From positions 8,693 through 72,692 of the forward strand of contig CAYUZV010000001.1 of the NCBI GenBank assembly GCA_964448605.1: a stretch of DNA of 64,000 nt. The letters run 5' to 3'. Made by a program: the position numbers and the translations under genes. The notes below the pieces were generated by a model. That model saw nothing but the letters and a program-made list of their open reading frames with translations, had not been told where the DNA came from and did no database searches. This document shows positions 27,187 to 37,197 of the stretch, one piece after another (the first letter of the stretch is position 1; every line of letters begins with the position of its first letter). Source of the DNA: Candidatus Woesearchaeota archaeon. Its GTDB lineage: Archaea > Nanobdellota > Nanobdellia > Pacearchaeales > GW2011-AR1.

Positions 27187-27544
27187 TTATTTTGGGATAT
27201 TTTGTTGAAAGAGGTTTGATTATGTTTTGGAGTATGTCTTCTTTTAAGTCAGGAGATTTAATATTTTTTAATTTGTTTTTTATAAATTTCCAAGTTTTGA
27301 TATCAAATTCTTTTTTGTAAAGTTTTAGGGTTTGTATTGCAAGTGTTTTTTCAAGTTCTTTTGAAGAATTCCAGAGTTTGTTGAAAATTTTGTAGAATTC
27401 TTCTAAAGAATGTTCCTCGTATAATATTTTTGAAAGTGTTTTTAATTCTGGAAGTTTTGTTTTGTAGAATTTATGATTTGTTTTAATGTAATCTTTTATA
27501 TCTTTTTCAATCTCTTTATTATTCAATTTCTGCAATGATTTCAT
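27176..27544 (-). CDS. AlkD-like (DNA alkylation repair) helical protein, short
   Basis: FY..K.PEL..L.K and LW.S…E..LA patterns. Confidence 0.45.
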   Translation of the reverse strand: MKSLQKLNNKEIEKDIKDYIKTNHKFYKTKLPELKTLSKILYEEHSLEEFYKIFNKLWNSSKELEKTLAIQTLKLYKKEFDIKTWKFIKNKLKNIKSPDLKEDILQNIIKPLSTKYPKIITN

Positions 27545-27545
27545 C

Positions 27546-28094
27546 TTATTTTGCTATTGGATCTTGGTCAACCACTTTTTTATCTTTGGAAATATGCTTT
27601 TTTTCCTTAGCTTCTTTGTCTGCCTTTTTTTCTGATTCTTCTTCTGATGATTCTATTGCTTCTTTTTCAGTTTTTTCTTCAGCAGGTTTTATTTTCTCTT
27701 CTATTGCCTTTCTTTCATCTGCTTTTTCTTTTACTTTCTTTTTTATTTTTTCAGATTTTTTTTCATCTCTTGTTTTTTTGAATTTTAAAGGGTCTGGAAG
27801 TTTTGCAAGTTCTACATTCACTATTCCGTCTGAAGATTTTTTTGCTTTTACTTCAATTTTTGCAGGCGGTTTTTTCATACCTTTATATCGTATTTCATTG
27901 TTTAAATTTATGTCAAGTTTTACTTTTTTTAAATCTCTATCATAAATCTTCATATGTTTTGCAATAAATTTTTTTAATGCTTTAACTGCTTTTGTTGCTC
28001 TTTTATATTCAGGAACTTTTAACCATTCTTTTCTAAGTGGAACTATATAAGTTCTTTCAGATTCTATTTTTGGAGTTTCTGGTTTAGTTGCCAT
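27546..28094 (-). CDS. rpl31e: Ribosomal protein eL31 with a charged C-terminal tail
   Basis: ER.Y.VPLR, KRA..A.K and LN..I…G…PP.KI.V motifs. Confidence 0.9.
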   Translation of the reverse strand: MATKPETPKIESERTYIVPLRKEWLKVPEYKRATKAVKALKKFIAKHMKIYDRDLKKVKLDINLNNEIRYKGMKKPPAKIEVKAKKSSDGIVNVELAKLPDPLKFKKTRDEKKSEKIKKKVKEKADERKAIEEKIKPAEEKTEKEAIESSEEESEKKADKEAKEKKHISKDKKVVDQDPIAK

Positions 28095-28095
28095 T

Positions 28096-28302
28096 TTATC
28101 CTAATTGTTTTTTTCTTTGTCTTCTTGGTTTAATTTTTAATTTTGTTCTTCTCCAGTTTCTTCTATTTGATGTGATTGATGAAGGATGCATTCTTTTTCC
28201 TGGTCCGAATTTTTTTAGAATTGTCCAGACAGGAGCCCATCTGGTTCTTTTATTTGCTTTGCTTAATTTTATTTTCTTTTGATATCTTCTTTTTATTGGC
28301 AT
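28096..28302 (-). CDS. rpl39e: Ribosomal protein eL39
   Basis: K..L.KA, P.W and RR.WRR.KL motifs. Confidence 0.9.
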   Translation of the reverse strand: MPIKRRYQKKIKLSKANKRTRWAPVWTILKKFGPGKRMHPSSITSNRRNWRRTKLKIKPRRQRKKQLG

Positions 28303-28475
28303 TTTATTATTCTTTCCTGTGTTTTAGTATTCTTCCTCCCTTCTTTGATATTTTTAGTGCTTCTTTCTTCTCTTGAACCTATTTCTCCCTGAACAATATG
28401 AAAATATAGGTTTGTTCCAGTAACAAATCCGTAATAACCTTCTTCTTTTTTTCTGTTCATACATAAGCATCCCAT
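28293..28475 (-). CDS. Hypothetical protein inside the r-protein operon
   Basis: Fills the gap between eS19 and eL39. Confidence 0.4.
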   Translation of the reverse strand: MGCLCMNRKKEEGYYGFVTGTNLYFHIVQGEIGSREERSTKNIKEGRKNTKTQERIIKCQ

Positions 28476-28476
28476 T

Positions 28477-28890
28477 TTATTTAACTCCCTCTAAAAGTTC
28501 TTTTCCTTTATCAGTAAGTTTTCTGCCTGCTCTTTTTCCTGACTCTTTTGATTTTTCTAAAACTCCAGCATTTTCTGCTTGTTGGATAATTGTTCTTATT
28601 ATTTTTCCACTTGCTTTTTTAAATCTTTCAGGTTTATATCCTCTGTTTTTTTTGCTCCCATATCTTGTTCTTAATCTGTTAACTCCAACTACATTATTTA
28701 GATAAATCTGTCTTAGAATACTTGATGCTCTTTTGTGCCAGAAATTTTTTTCTTGAGGAGGTCTTTTTTTACTTGTTCCTGTTTTAACAAAAAAACTCCA
28801 TTCAGGTTGTTCAAATTCAGGCATACTTTTCAGTATTTCTGCTAATTTTTGATTATATTCTCCTGCTTGTAATTCATATACTGGATTCAT
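28477..28890 (-). CDS. rps19e: Ribosomal protein eS19
   Basis: P.W..FVKTG..K.RPP, R..SILR, YG.K.RG..P and GR.LT..G motifs. Confidence 0.95.
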   Translation of the reverse strand: MNPVYELQAGEYNQKLAEILKSMPEFEQPEWSFFVKTGTSKKRPPQEKNFWHKRASSILRQIYLNNVVGVNRLRTRYGSKKNRGYKPERFKKASGKIIRTIIQQAENAGVLEKSKESGKRAGRKLTDKGKELLEGVK

Positions 28891-29021
28891 TTTAATTAGG
28901 CATTCCTTTCGGAATTAGATAAGTTTTTAACTTAAACCTGAGTATAGGTTAGAAAGAAGGTTTATAAATGTTGTTGTTGAGGTGAAATTTGTTTTTAAAT
29001 TAATGATGTTGTAAATTATAT

Positions 29022-31082
29022 CTATTTCTCAGCACTCTGTTCTTTCTTTTGTCTCTCTAAAAAATTTCTTATAAATTCTTTGTTTTTTTCATAATCAATT
29101 ACCTTTTTTATTTCATAAACCTCTCCTTCACCAATCTCTTTTTTATCTGCTTTTATTTCAGAGATTCCTTTTTTGTAAGATTCTTTTGTTACTAAGATTT
29201 GTTTATCAGATGCATCTGCTAATCTCTTTGCAGTGCTTATAAAATTGCCTAATGCTGTAAATTTTAATTTTTTATTTTCTATTTTGCTTACAATATCTCC
29301 TGAATTTATTCCAATCCCAAATTCAAACTTGTCATTGAATTTTTTATTGTGTTCTTTTAAGAAAAGTGCTATTTTTTCAGCACATTTTGCTGCGACTCCT
29401 TCATTTTTGTTTGATTTTGTCATTACAGGACTGAAAATCATATATAAATAATCTCCTTGTTCATAAATCGCTCCTTTGTTTTTGTAAACACATTCAACTG
29501 CTTTTTCCAAACTTTTTTTAGAATTATCATTTATTTTATTTTTTATTTTTAAAACAATTGCTACTGCCTTGTTTTTATCTCCTTTTGCAACTAATCCTTG
29601 TTCTGCTTGATTTGGTGCTTTTAGAGTTTCTTTTGTTTTTACAGATGTTTTGTTTTTTTTCTTTTTAAAAAAAGGATATGCAAATGATTTTTTCTTAAAT
29701 ATATTTCTGAATAGGAATAGTGTTCCTGCTCCAAGAATAAGAATGAAAAAAATCCAGACAATTGGTGTTTTTAGTGCCATTGAACCTGTTTCTTTAATGT
29801 CTCTTACACTAACTGCATTTCCAGTTAAAACAACTCCTCCTTGGTTTAGTTCGTTTTCTCCATCACTTATTCTTATATTATATTCTTCTCCTGAACCTGT
29901 TAATTTGAATTCTTTGCTGTTTCCTAATTCAAGTTCAACTTTTTTTACAAAAGGTTTGCCATTTAATTCTATTTGAATGTCTTTTTGGTAAGGTATGTTT
30001 CCAATGTTTTTGACAATTAAGCTATTGTTAATTAATTCAAAAGAAGCTATTTCTTTTTCATTTATGTAGAATTTTTTTATATTGTTTACATCTTTGCTTG
30101 ATGCTTCTATTTCATAATATCCTGATGTTTGATTGAATGGTATTTTGAAAAATACTGTTTCGTCTGATTGGACTATTTTTTCAAATATTCTTTCAGATTG
30201 TGAGTTTCTTATAATTACAGAAATTTCGTCTGGAATTAGGTTTCCAGTTTGGTCTAAAAGTATTGGTTTGAATTGGAGTTCTTCTCCAGGGTTAATGTTT
30301 TGATTATTTAATGCGATGTCTGCTTCTGTTAGTATCTGAAAGATTTCCAGATTTGCCATTGCTATTCCCTCGCTTGCTCTTGTTCCTGAAACTTGCTCGT
30401 AAACAAGTGCATCTATTCGATATTCTCCTGCCGGAGATTCATAAGGAATTTGAATATCTACTGAAAAAAAACCTTCGTCTACTTTTCCATAAAATTTTCC
30501 AGCTTCAATATCAGGAGTTATTGAATTTGTTGTTTCTTCTGTTTGATTTGTTTGATTGTTTTCTTCCTGGATTTCAGGTTCTTCTGTGATTGTTTCTAGA
30601 ATAGTTAAAAGAGGAATTGTTACTTCAACATTTCCATTTGCTGGAGCTCCATTTATTTTTTTTGCATTTCCTGAGATTGTTAGAGTTTCTCCAGGATTTG
30701 CATAAAATGATTCTGTGTCTAAATAAACTTCTAATGCATTTGAGATTTTGAATTTTCGGCTTTCTTGTGATTCTTGGTCATACTCTGTGTAGAGGTGACA
30801 TTCTCCGTTTGCTTCATTTATTGTATGAAAATTTAAAGGTAATTTAATTTCGACTATTCCCTCTTCTGAAGGGAGTAGATTAAAACTTATTACATTAGTG
30901 CCAGTGCATATTAAATCAGTTTTAATTAAGTGTCCTTCTTTTATTAAGTCTACATTTACTTCAACATCAATTCTATCACCGAGATTGTAAGTTGGCTGAA
31001 TATTATCATAGTAAATTCCTGCCTGTATAAACTGGATTACTAAGGACAAGATTATAATTATTAACAAACTTCTCTTTTTCAT
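29022..31082 (-). CDS. Membrane protein with Ig-like extracellular region and a C-terminal class III nucleotide-cyclase-like domain
   Basis: Signal peptide, TM, then QGD, FGIGINSG and TALGN…AKRL. Confidence 0.65.
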   Translation of the reverse strand: MKKRSLLIIIILSLVIQFIQAGIYYDNIQPTYNLGDRIDVEVNVDLIKEGHLIKTDLICTGTNVISFNLLPSEEGIVEIKLPLNFHTINEANGECHLYTEYDQESQESRKFKISNALEVYLDTESFYANPGETLTISGNAKKINGAPANGNVEVTIPLLTILETITEEPEIQEENNQTNQTEETTNSITPDIEAGKFYGKVDEGFFSVDIQIPYESPAGEYRIDALVYEQVSGTRASEGIAMANLEIFQILTEADIALNNQNINPGEELQFKPILLDQTGNLIPDEISVIIRNSQSERIFEKIVQSDETVFFKIPFNQTSGYYEIEASSKDVNNIKKFYINEKEIASFELINNSLIVKNIGNIPYQKDIQIELNGKPFVKKVELELGNSKEFKLTGSGEEYNIRISDGENELNQGGVVLTGNAVSVRDIKETGSMALKTPIVWIFFILILGAGTLFLFRNIFKKKSFAYPFFKKKKNKTSVKTKETLKAPNQAEQGLVAKGDKNKAVAIVLKIKNKINDNSKKSLEKAVECVYKNKGAIYEQGDYLYMIFSPVMTKSNKNEGVAAKCAEKIALFLKEHNKKFNDKFEFGIGINSGDIVSKIENKKLKFTALGNFISTAKRLADASDKQILVTKESYKKGISEIKADKKEIGEGEVYEIKKVIDYEKNKEFIRNFLERQKKEQSAEK

Positions 31083-31121
31083 AGTTAATTAAAATAAGAG
31101 GTATATTTAAAGGTTGCGAAG

Positions 31122-31460
31122 TTATTTATCAGAATCAATTAATGCAATTATTCCACCAATTAGTGCAAGAATTCCAATAAGTGAGCTTATTGATAAAACA
31201 CCTACAACTATAGCAATTATTGCACCTGTTCTGACTGTTTTGGGATTTTTCATTTTTTCAGATGCATTCCAAAGCAATAATCCTATTGCAAAGATTATTA
31301 GAGAGATTAGTAAAATTATAAATATTAAATTAAAAGGCAGTCCTTGGTATAGGGACAATCCTATGATTAATATTATTCCTAATAATAGGATTATTCCTGC
31401 AGTTATGAGATTTATGATTGCTGCGATTTTTGTTAATAGAGCACCTGTTTTGCTTTTCAT
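31122..31460 (-). CDS. Small multi-TM membrane protein
   Basis: Hydrophobic; G.LALIGGI.AL end. Confidence 0.7.
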   Translation of the reverse strand: MKSKTGALLTKIAAIINLITAGIILLLGIILIIGLSLYQGLPFNLIFIILLISLIIFAIGLLLWNASEKMKNPKTVRTGAIIAIVVGVLSISSLIGILALIGGIIALIDSDK

Positions 31461-31490
31461 AATTGTGTAGGGAGAATAAAGTTTATAAAA

Positions 31491-31709
31491 TTAAGGTTTC
31501 ACTAAATTTTCTAATTCTCCTCTTATTTCTTCTAAAGATGTTTCTTGATTTATTTCATTTAAAATATGATTTATTGCTAAGGTGTATCCATAATAGCATG
31601 CTCGGGTGTATGCTCCTGTTCCAGTCATTACCTTTGTTCCTTTTTCATTTGGTTTTGTTTCTTGTTTTATTTTTCTTTTATAGAAATCTATTTGGTTGGT
31701 GAAAATCAT
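31491..31709 (-). CDS. Hypothetical protein
   Basis: AAAGGAGG SD upstream. Confidence 0.5.
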   Translation of the reverse strand: MIFTNQIDFYKRKIKQETKPNEKGTKVMTGTGAYTRACYYGYTLAINHILNEINQETSLEEIRGELENLVKP

Positions 31710-32048
31710 TTTTAATAAACCTCCTTTCAGATATTTTTAGAGAATTCAGAAACAGGTTATAAATCTTAGAGAACATTTTATTCAGAGAGATTAATTAAGA
31801 TTAATCTATAATAGAAGTAAAGCTAGTAAATTTAGTTTTTTTAGAACTTGGTTTTTACTAAGCATTATTTTTTTAGGCGAAGAGAGTTTTTAAGTTTGTT
31901 GGTTTTGAAATTGTATGGTTTCACATTTGACATTTGTTGAACTGTTTCGCAAAAATATCTGTATCTGGTAAATATTATTCGTTTCGTTAGGAACTCTTAT
32001 GAAAGGGCTTGGTTGGACTTATCTTTTAGATAACTGATATAATCAGTT

Positions 32049-33929
32049 TTATTGATTTGGTGTTCCTGACATTCGGCTTCCGCCTCCTGGAATTTCTCCA
32101 CCTAATTCCATTGGCAGTGTATGGAATCCTGCTCCGTATGTTTGGTGATGTATTGATGGATTTATTGTTCCGTGTCCTCCATAATATGGTCCGAAAGATG
32201 CCATTGCCTGATTCCAGAAAGGACCTGCCATTCCAGAGTATATTGGTGAACCTCCACTTTCTAATGTATAAATAAATGGGCTTGTTTGGAAATGCTGGAA
32301 AAAATTTCCACCTTCAAAAATCCTTTTACCCTTGAATCCACCTTTTTTTAATTCTTCTAAAATATCTTTCATTGGAAGATTTCCCATTCCAGGGGGGAGG
32401 TCTGTGTGTGTTGAACCAAAATTGTCATTGTAGTGGAGGTGTTTTACAAATGGTGCAATTTCCTTTGTCTCTTTTGTAATTTGTTCAGGACCAAAACCTT
32501 GTTTTCTCATCATAGAAATGTGAGAGGTGTCCCATGTGGCTCCAATTAATCTTTTTGCTGCTGCTTCTGCTTCTTTTTTTGATTTACCTTGCTTGATTAA
32601 TTTGTCTTGGAAATTTTTTCTTGTTTTTTGGATTAATTCTTTTAATTCTTTTCCTGATGAAAGAGCATATCCGTAAAGTGGATTTTCAACACTCAGTATT
32701 GGTGCTTTTTCTCCGTATTTTTCATAAGCATGAAGTGCAGTATTTGCCAGAGTTTCACTTGATTTTTCATTTGTGAATTTTTCTATTGGGACGAATTGTT
32801 GGGGAATTGGTATACTTCCAAAACCTTCCAGAGTTTCATCAAATAATTGAGATTGTTTTAAAATAATTTCAGGTTTTCTTTTTCTGTATTCTTGAGGGTT
32901 ATTATATTGTAAATTAAACTCTTCTTCAGAATTTTTATTCCATTTCCTTTGTATTACCTTTAAATAGTCTCTTACTTTTACTACTTTTCCAGTCTTAGGG
33001 TCTTTTATACCTTCTCCTGTTTGAGGGTTTCTTAATAAAGGGTCATCTAATTCACTAAATCTTGCAGCTTTTTCAAAGGTATTCTGCAAACTCATTTGAA
33101 CATTTTCTAAAAATCTTTCTGCTCTGTCTAATTCTTTTAATGCAGGTTGATAATATTCTTGTTCTTCTGTTGTTATTTTTTCACCCTTTGATACTTTTTC
33201 TAAATAAGGGATTAATTGAGGTTGGACTCTTCGTATTATTTCATCTGCCTCTTTTTTATAAAAATCAATTTCCCGAATATTATTCCTCCATTGGCTTGTA
33301 TTTACCATTTTTAATCTTCTTTCTGGGTCAAATATTTGTCCTTTTGCTTTTTTTCCTTCTAAATTTGTTTCTTCTGGGAAATAAGTGTAATCTCTTTCTA
33401 ATGCAGTTGGTTTTCCTGTTTGTTGGTCAATTACAACTAATCTTCCTATTTCAGGACCTTTTCCTTTTTTTTGTTCTGGAATTAATTCTGTTCCAGGAAG
33501 TTCGTGAGATGCATGGACTGTTACAGGCATGTTTCCTTTTGGACTTAGCTCTTGTGCTCTTGCTATTATTGTTTTAAATTGTTCTTCTGCTGATTCTCTA
33601 TTTTGCTCTGACCATCCTTGCTGTGTGATTCCAGAAGGTTCAATTAGAGGTGCATGAAGTGTTGATTCTGCTCCTGTTAATTCATTTAATCTTTTAATTT
33701 CATTTAAATGTCCTTTGGGCATCATTTCAAAAACTTCAGGGTTGATTACAGAAACTTCAGTTGTTTTCATTCCTTGATTAAGTAGTTTAGAAACTTCTTT
33801 TAATTGATTAGAGGTTTGAATTGAAGTTGTTCCTCCCATTTCTCCAACTGGAACTCTGTAACCCATAAAGTTATAACTAGGGTCAAGAAGATAAGTTGTG
33901 CCTGGATAAATAGATTCATATGATACCAT
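32049..33929 (-). CDS. Xylose-isomerase/AP-endonuclease-2-like TIM-barrel protein with a large insertion
   Basis: TLHAP, VTVH, VEN, WD.SH, HLH.NDNFG, PG.GN and FE motifs. Confidence 0.65.
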   Translation of the reverse strand: MVSYESIYPGTTYLLDPSYNFMGYRVPVGEMGGTTSIQTSNQLKEVSKLLNQGMKTTEVSVINPEVFEMMPKGHLNEIKRLNELTGAESTLHAPLIEPSGITQQGWSEQNRESAEEQFKTIIARAQELSPKGNMPVTVHASHELPGTELIPEQKKGKGPEIGRLVVIDQQTGKPTALERDYTYFPEETNLEGKKAKGQIFDPERRLKMVNTSQWRNNIREIDFYKKEADEIIRRVQPQLIPYLEKVSKGEKITTEEQEYYQPALKELDRAERFLENVQMSLQNTFEKAARFSELDDPLLRNPQTGEGIKDPKTGKVVKVRDYLKVIQRKWNKNSEEEFNLQYNNPQEYRKRKPEIILKQSQLFDETLEGFGSIPIPQQFVPIEKFTNEKSSETLANTALHAYEKYGEKAPILSVENPLYGYALSSGKELKELIQKTRKNFQDKLIKQGKSKKEAEAAAKRLIGATWDTSHISMMRKQGFGPEQITKETKEIAPFVKHLHYNDNFGSTHTDLPPGMGNLPMKDILEELKKGGFKGKRIFEGGNFFQHFQTSPFIYTLESGGSPIYSGMAGPFWNQAMASFGPYYGGHGTINPSIHHQTYGAGFHTLPMELGGEIPGGGSRMSGTPNQ

Positions 33930-33987
33930 CTTTTTATTAAAAGGTTTGGATTGTTTATATATTTTTGGGAGTAGATTATAGAAATAT

Positions 33988-34494
33988 TTAAACATCTCTT
34001 AATCTGAAATCCTTTTCTTTTTGTTCAAATGGAAGAGGTCCTGAATCTTGTTGAAATCCTGGTGTGTAGTTTTGGTTTTGATTGTTCATTCCTGGATAAT
34101 TTGTTGCTGAAGCTCTCATATCAACATCTCTTTGAAATCCAGGTGCTCCTCGATTTATTGCACTTATTCCTGTATTTTGAGGAGAGGTTTCATATTCTGT
34201 ATTGTTGTTTTCTTCATAAGGATTGTTTGTTTCCTGATAAGTATTCTGAATTCCTGTGTAAGGGTTTAAATTGTTTTCTTCTTGTTCATCATTTCTTCTT
34301 ATTCTTACATTTCTTAATCCTTGTTCTAAATCTGTAATTGGTTCTGTGTCCAGAGTGTGTTGGGGATTTTCAGTTCTTCTGAATGGAGTGAATGTTGTAG
34401 TTTCATCTATGATGTTTTCTAGTTCTTCGTCAAGGTCTTCATCTTCAGATTCCTCTTCAAAATCTTCATCCTCTTGTGATTCTTCTTCTTCCAT
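33988..34494 (-). CDS. Acidic low-complexity protein
   Basis: E/D/N/Q-rich ORF. Confidence 0.65.
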   Translation of the reverse strand: MEEEESQEDEDFEEESEDEDLDEELENIIDETTTFTPFRRTENPQHTLDTEPITDLEQGLRNVRIRRNDEQEENNLNPYTGIQNTYQETNNPYEENNNTEYETSPQNTGISAINRGAPGFQRDVDMRASATNYPGMNNQNQNYTPGFQQDSGPLPFEQKEKDFRLRDV

Positions 34495-34524
34495 GATTAA
34501 TTAAAGATATACAAATATAAATAA

Positions 34525-36003
34525 TTATCGTCCACCCATTCCCAGATGAACTTTTCCAAATGTTGAAGGTGATTCTTTTGAGCCTTTTTCTCCACCTGTT
34601 CTTACTGATGCCATTCCCATTGATTTCTTGAAAATATCATAAACTGTGAATCCAGCATCCATTGAATCAGCTTCAGCATAATTTCTCAAAAATTGTTCAT
34701 AATAATTATCTGGTTTGATTCCTTTTTCTTTTATTATTTTTAATTTTTCTTTTTCTTTATCTTCTTCTGATTTTTTTGGTTTTTTTTCAGAAGTAAATGC
34801 AAAAAGGGCTGAAAATGGATTTGTATCATCTTTGTTTTTTAATTTTTCTTCTTCTTTATCTTCTTCTAAAAATTCCTTTATGTCATCAGATAATTGTGCA
34901 AGAGAGTCGTCTGTCACTCCTTTTACAAGTTTCAGTGAATCTTCTAAATCTGACTCGTTTAATTTATCTTTTAGTAACATTATTTCTTCATGGTTTAAGC
35001 AATATGATTTGAAGGATATGTCTGCTCGTCCTCCAAAAACATAATGTTGTCCTGCTTTTTGAGGTATTCCTCTAAATGTGAATGTTACAAAAAGAACCTG
35101 AAAATATTCTCTTAATGCTTTTTTTTCTTCTAGTTTTAGGAATTTTTCTGGAAGGTCTTCATTGATAACTGCTCCTTGTATGTTGAATTTTTTTGTTCCC
35201 ATTAAAGTTAATTCTAAAAGTATTGTATTGAATGCAGTTACTAATGCTGCATCTTTTTGAAGTCCTTCGTCTTCTGAAAGTTGTTCTGCTGCTCTTAAAT
35301 ATGGCTTTGCCCATTTTGAGTAGAGTTTTAAAGAGTCTACTTCACTTTTTAAGTATCTTTTTTCAATTTCATATCTTTTTCTTAATTCTTGTTCACTTCT
35401 TTTTTTCCATTCAAAAAATTCCTGGAGTCTTGGTTTTAGTATTCTTTTTACTCTATCATTTAAATCCATACCATCTACTGCTTTTACTGATTTTGCTGAT
35501 AAAAATGCATCTCTTAGGGTTACAAAACTTAGTTCTCCTGCTGTGAGTGCATTTATGCTTCCTTGTCCTCTTTGGACATCAACTTTATCCATCCATATTT
35601 GTTTTAATGCTAATAGTCCTGCTTCTGCTTTTTGAGGGTCTTTTGATTTTGCAGTTTCATAATGGCTTAATCTTATTTTGAATTCTTTTAAGTCGTAAAT
35701 AATATTCATTGTTCCTTTTAGAACATTATTTACATTTCCTAAAATTCTTGCTGCTTCTTGTTGCATCTGAGTTGCTTTTCCTCTTAGTTCTGAAAAATGC
35801 CCACTTCCAGGTGATGAAGCAAAATTGTCTGTGATTTTTTCAACTTTTTTAAAACTATTATTCATAAAATCAAGAATCCAGAAATAAACTGGTTCTAATG
35901 TTTCAGATGCTGAATCAAAAGTTAGTTTATGCTCTATTGCAGGATTGCCTTTTTTATATCTTGGACTTATTTTACTAATGATTTTTCCTATTTCCATTTT
36001 CAC
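34525..36003 (-). CDS. Hypothetical helical protein
   Basis: 492-aa ORF with normal composition. Confidence 0.75.
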   Translation of the reverse strand: MKMEIGKIISKISPRYKKGNPAIEHKLTFDSASETLEPVYFWILDFMNNSFKKVEKITDNFASSPGSGHFSELRGKATQMQQEAARILGNVNNVLKGTMNIIYDLKEFKIRLSHYETAKSKDPQKAEAGLLALKQIWMDKVDVQRGQGSINALTAGELSFVTLRDAFLSAKSVKAVDGMDLNDRVKRILKPRLQEFFEWKKRSEQELRKRYEIEKRYLKSEVDSLKLYSKWAKPYLRAAEQLSEDEGLQKDAALVTAFNTILLELTLMGTKKFNIQGAVINEDLPEKFLKLEEKKALREYFQVLFVTFTFRGIPQKAGQHYVFGGRADISFKSYCLNHEEIMLLKDKLNESDLEDSLKLVKGVTDDSLAQLSDDIKEFLEEDKEEEKLKNKDDTNPFSALFAFTSEKKPKKSEEDKEKEKLKIIKEKGIKPDNYYEQFLRNYAEADSMDAGFTVYDIFKKSMGMASVRTGGEKGSKESPSTFGKVHLGMGGR

Positions 36004-36047
36004 CTTTTTATGTTATAGATAAGAAGAAGATATTTATAAGGTTTTGT

Positions 36048-36632
36048 TTAGAGGCATCTGAATGTTTGTTTTAATTTTTTTGATGCTCTTCTTATTAATT
36101 CTATGTCTGATTTTCCTGCTTCAAGCATGTATGTTAGTTCTTCTAAACTTTCTGATTGAGGCATAAAAGACATTGAGGGAAGTTCGACTAAATGAATTAG
36201 TTTTCCCAGATTTTTGTAAGTTTCATCTTCTATTAAATAGGCTCTTTCATTTTCAGGCTCTGATATTTCAATTGTTTCTTTTTGCCATTCCTGTTGTTCT
36301 TGGGAAATACCCTCTGTTATTTGCATTGGTGTCCAGAGTGTTTTAGTTGCATGTTCAGGAGTTTTTATTTCACAGTATTTGAAACGACCTGTTTTTAAAT
36401 TGTTAGAAATGCAAAATCCAATATATGATGGACTGAATTGAACATATGGAAAATCATCAAATTTTATAAAAGTAGGTTGTGTATGAACATGAGTTGCATA
36501 TTTTAATTTTACATCATCAGATTTTGGATAAACCATTCCTAATACATCTCCTGTTACAACTTCAACAGGAGTGTGAATTCTTTTTCCTATTTCTAATAGG
36601 AATAAATCTCTGTTGTCTGTTTTTTTGTTCAT
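36048..36632 (-). CDS. Hypothetical protein
   Basis: ORF with ATGA overlap to the upstream gene. Confidence 0.6.
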   Translation of the reverse strand: MNKKTDNRDLFLLEIGKRIHTPVEVVTGDVLGMVYPKSDDVKLKYATHVHTQPTFIKFDDFPYVQFSPSYIGFCISNNLKTGRFKYCEIKTPEHATKTLWTPMQITEGISQEQQEWQKETIEISEPENERAYLIEDETYKNLGKLIHLVELPSMSFMPQSESLEELTYMLEAGKSDIELIRRASKKLKQTFRCL

Positions 36633-37123
36633 TTCTTTTTCACCAAATCCATCATTGATTTTCTTTCAAATTTTAGGATATTGCCTGTTTCTGAATCAAT
36701 TAAAATATGAAGAATTATTAGTCCTTCTAACATGCAGGTTAGATTCCAGACTTGTTTTTCTTGGTGAGTTTGTAGGACTGCGATTATTTTGTTAATTTTT
36801 GCTGAAATTCCATTGTCAAGTGCTTTTATTCCAACTAATCCTTTTAGGTCCTGGAGTTCGGTTTTTACTTCTGGTTTTATTGGATTCAGAGGTTTTGTTG
36901 AATCAAGAATTTTATCTTCTTTTATAATTACTTCATTATTTTTATTTAAATCAAATGTGAAGATTTTATCTTCTACTTTGTAATCTAAGTTTTTTTTAAT
37001 ATCATTACTTAAAAAATCAATTATAAAAAATCCTGCACATAATTCTGCATTTGGATGTTTTTCTCTGAAGTTTTTGAATGTTTGCGATTCTGTTATTTTT
37101 TGGTATGTTTGTGTGAATGACAT
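36629..37123 (-). CDS. Hypothetical protein (PepSY-like C-terminus)
   Basis: ILQ-like…WN.T…ID..TG.I pattern. Confidence 0.6.
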   Translation of the reverse strand: MSFTQTYQKITESQTFKNFREKHPNAELCAGFFIIDFLSNDIKKNLDYKVEDKIFTFDLNKNNEVIIKEDKILDSTKPLNPIKPEVKTELQDLKGLVGIKALDNGISAKINKIIAVLQTHQEKQVWNLTCMLEGLIILHILIDSETGNILKFERKSMMDLVKKK

Positions 37124-37197
37124 ATTAGAATAAAAAAATTGTTGTTTATAAGATTAATTATTCTAAAACTTTATAAATTTCCTTTATCTTTCAATCA

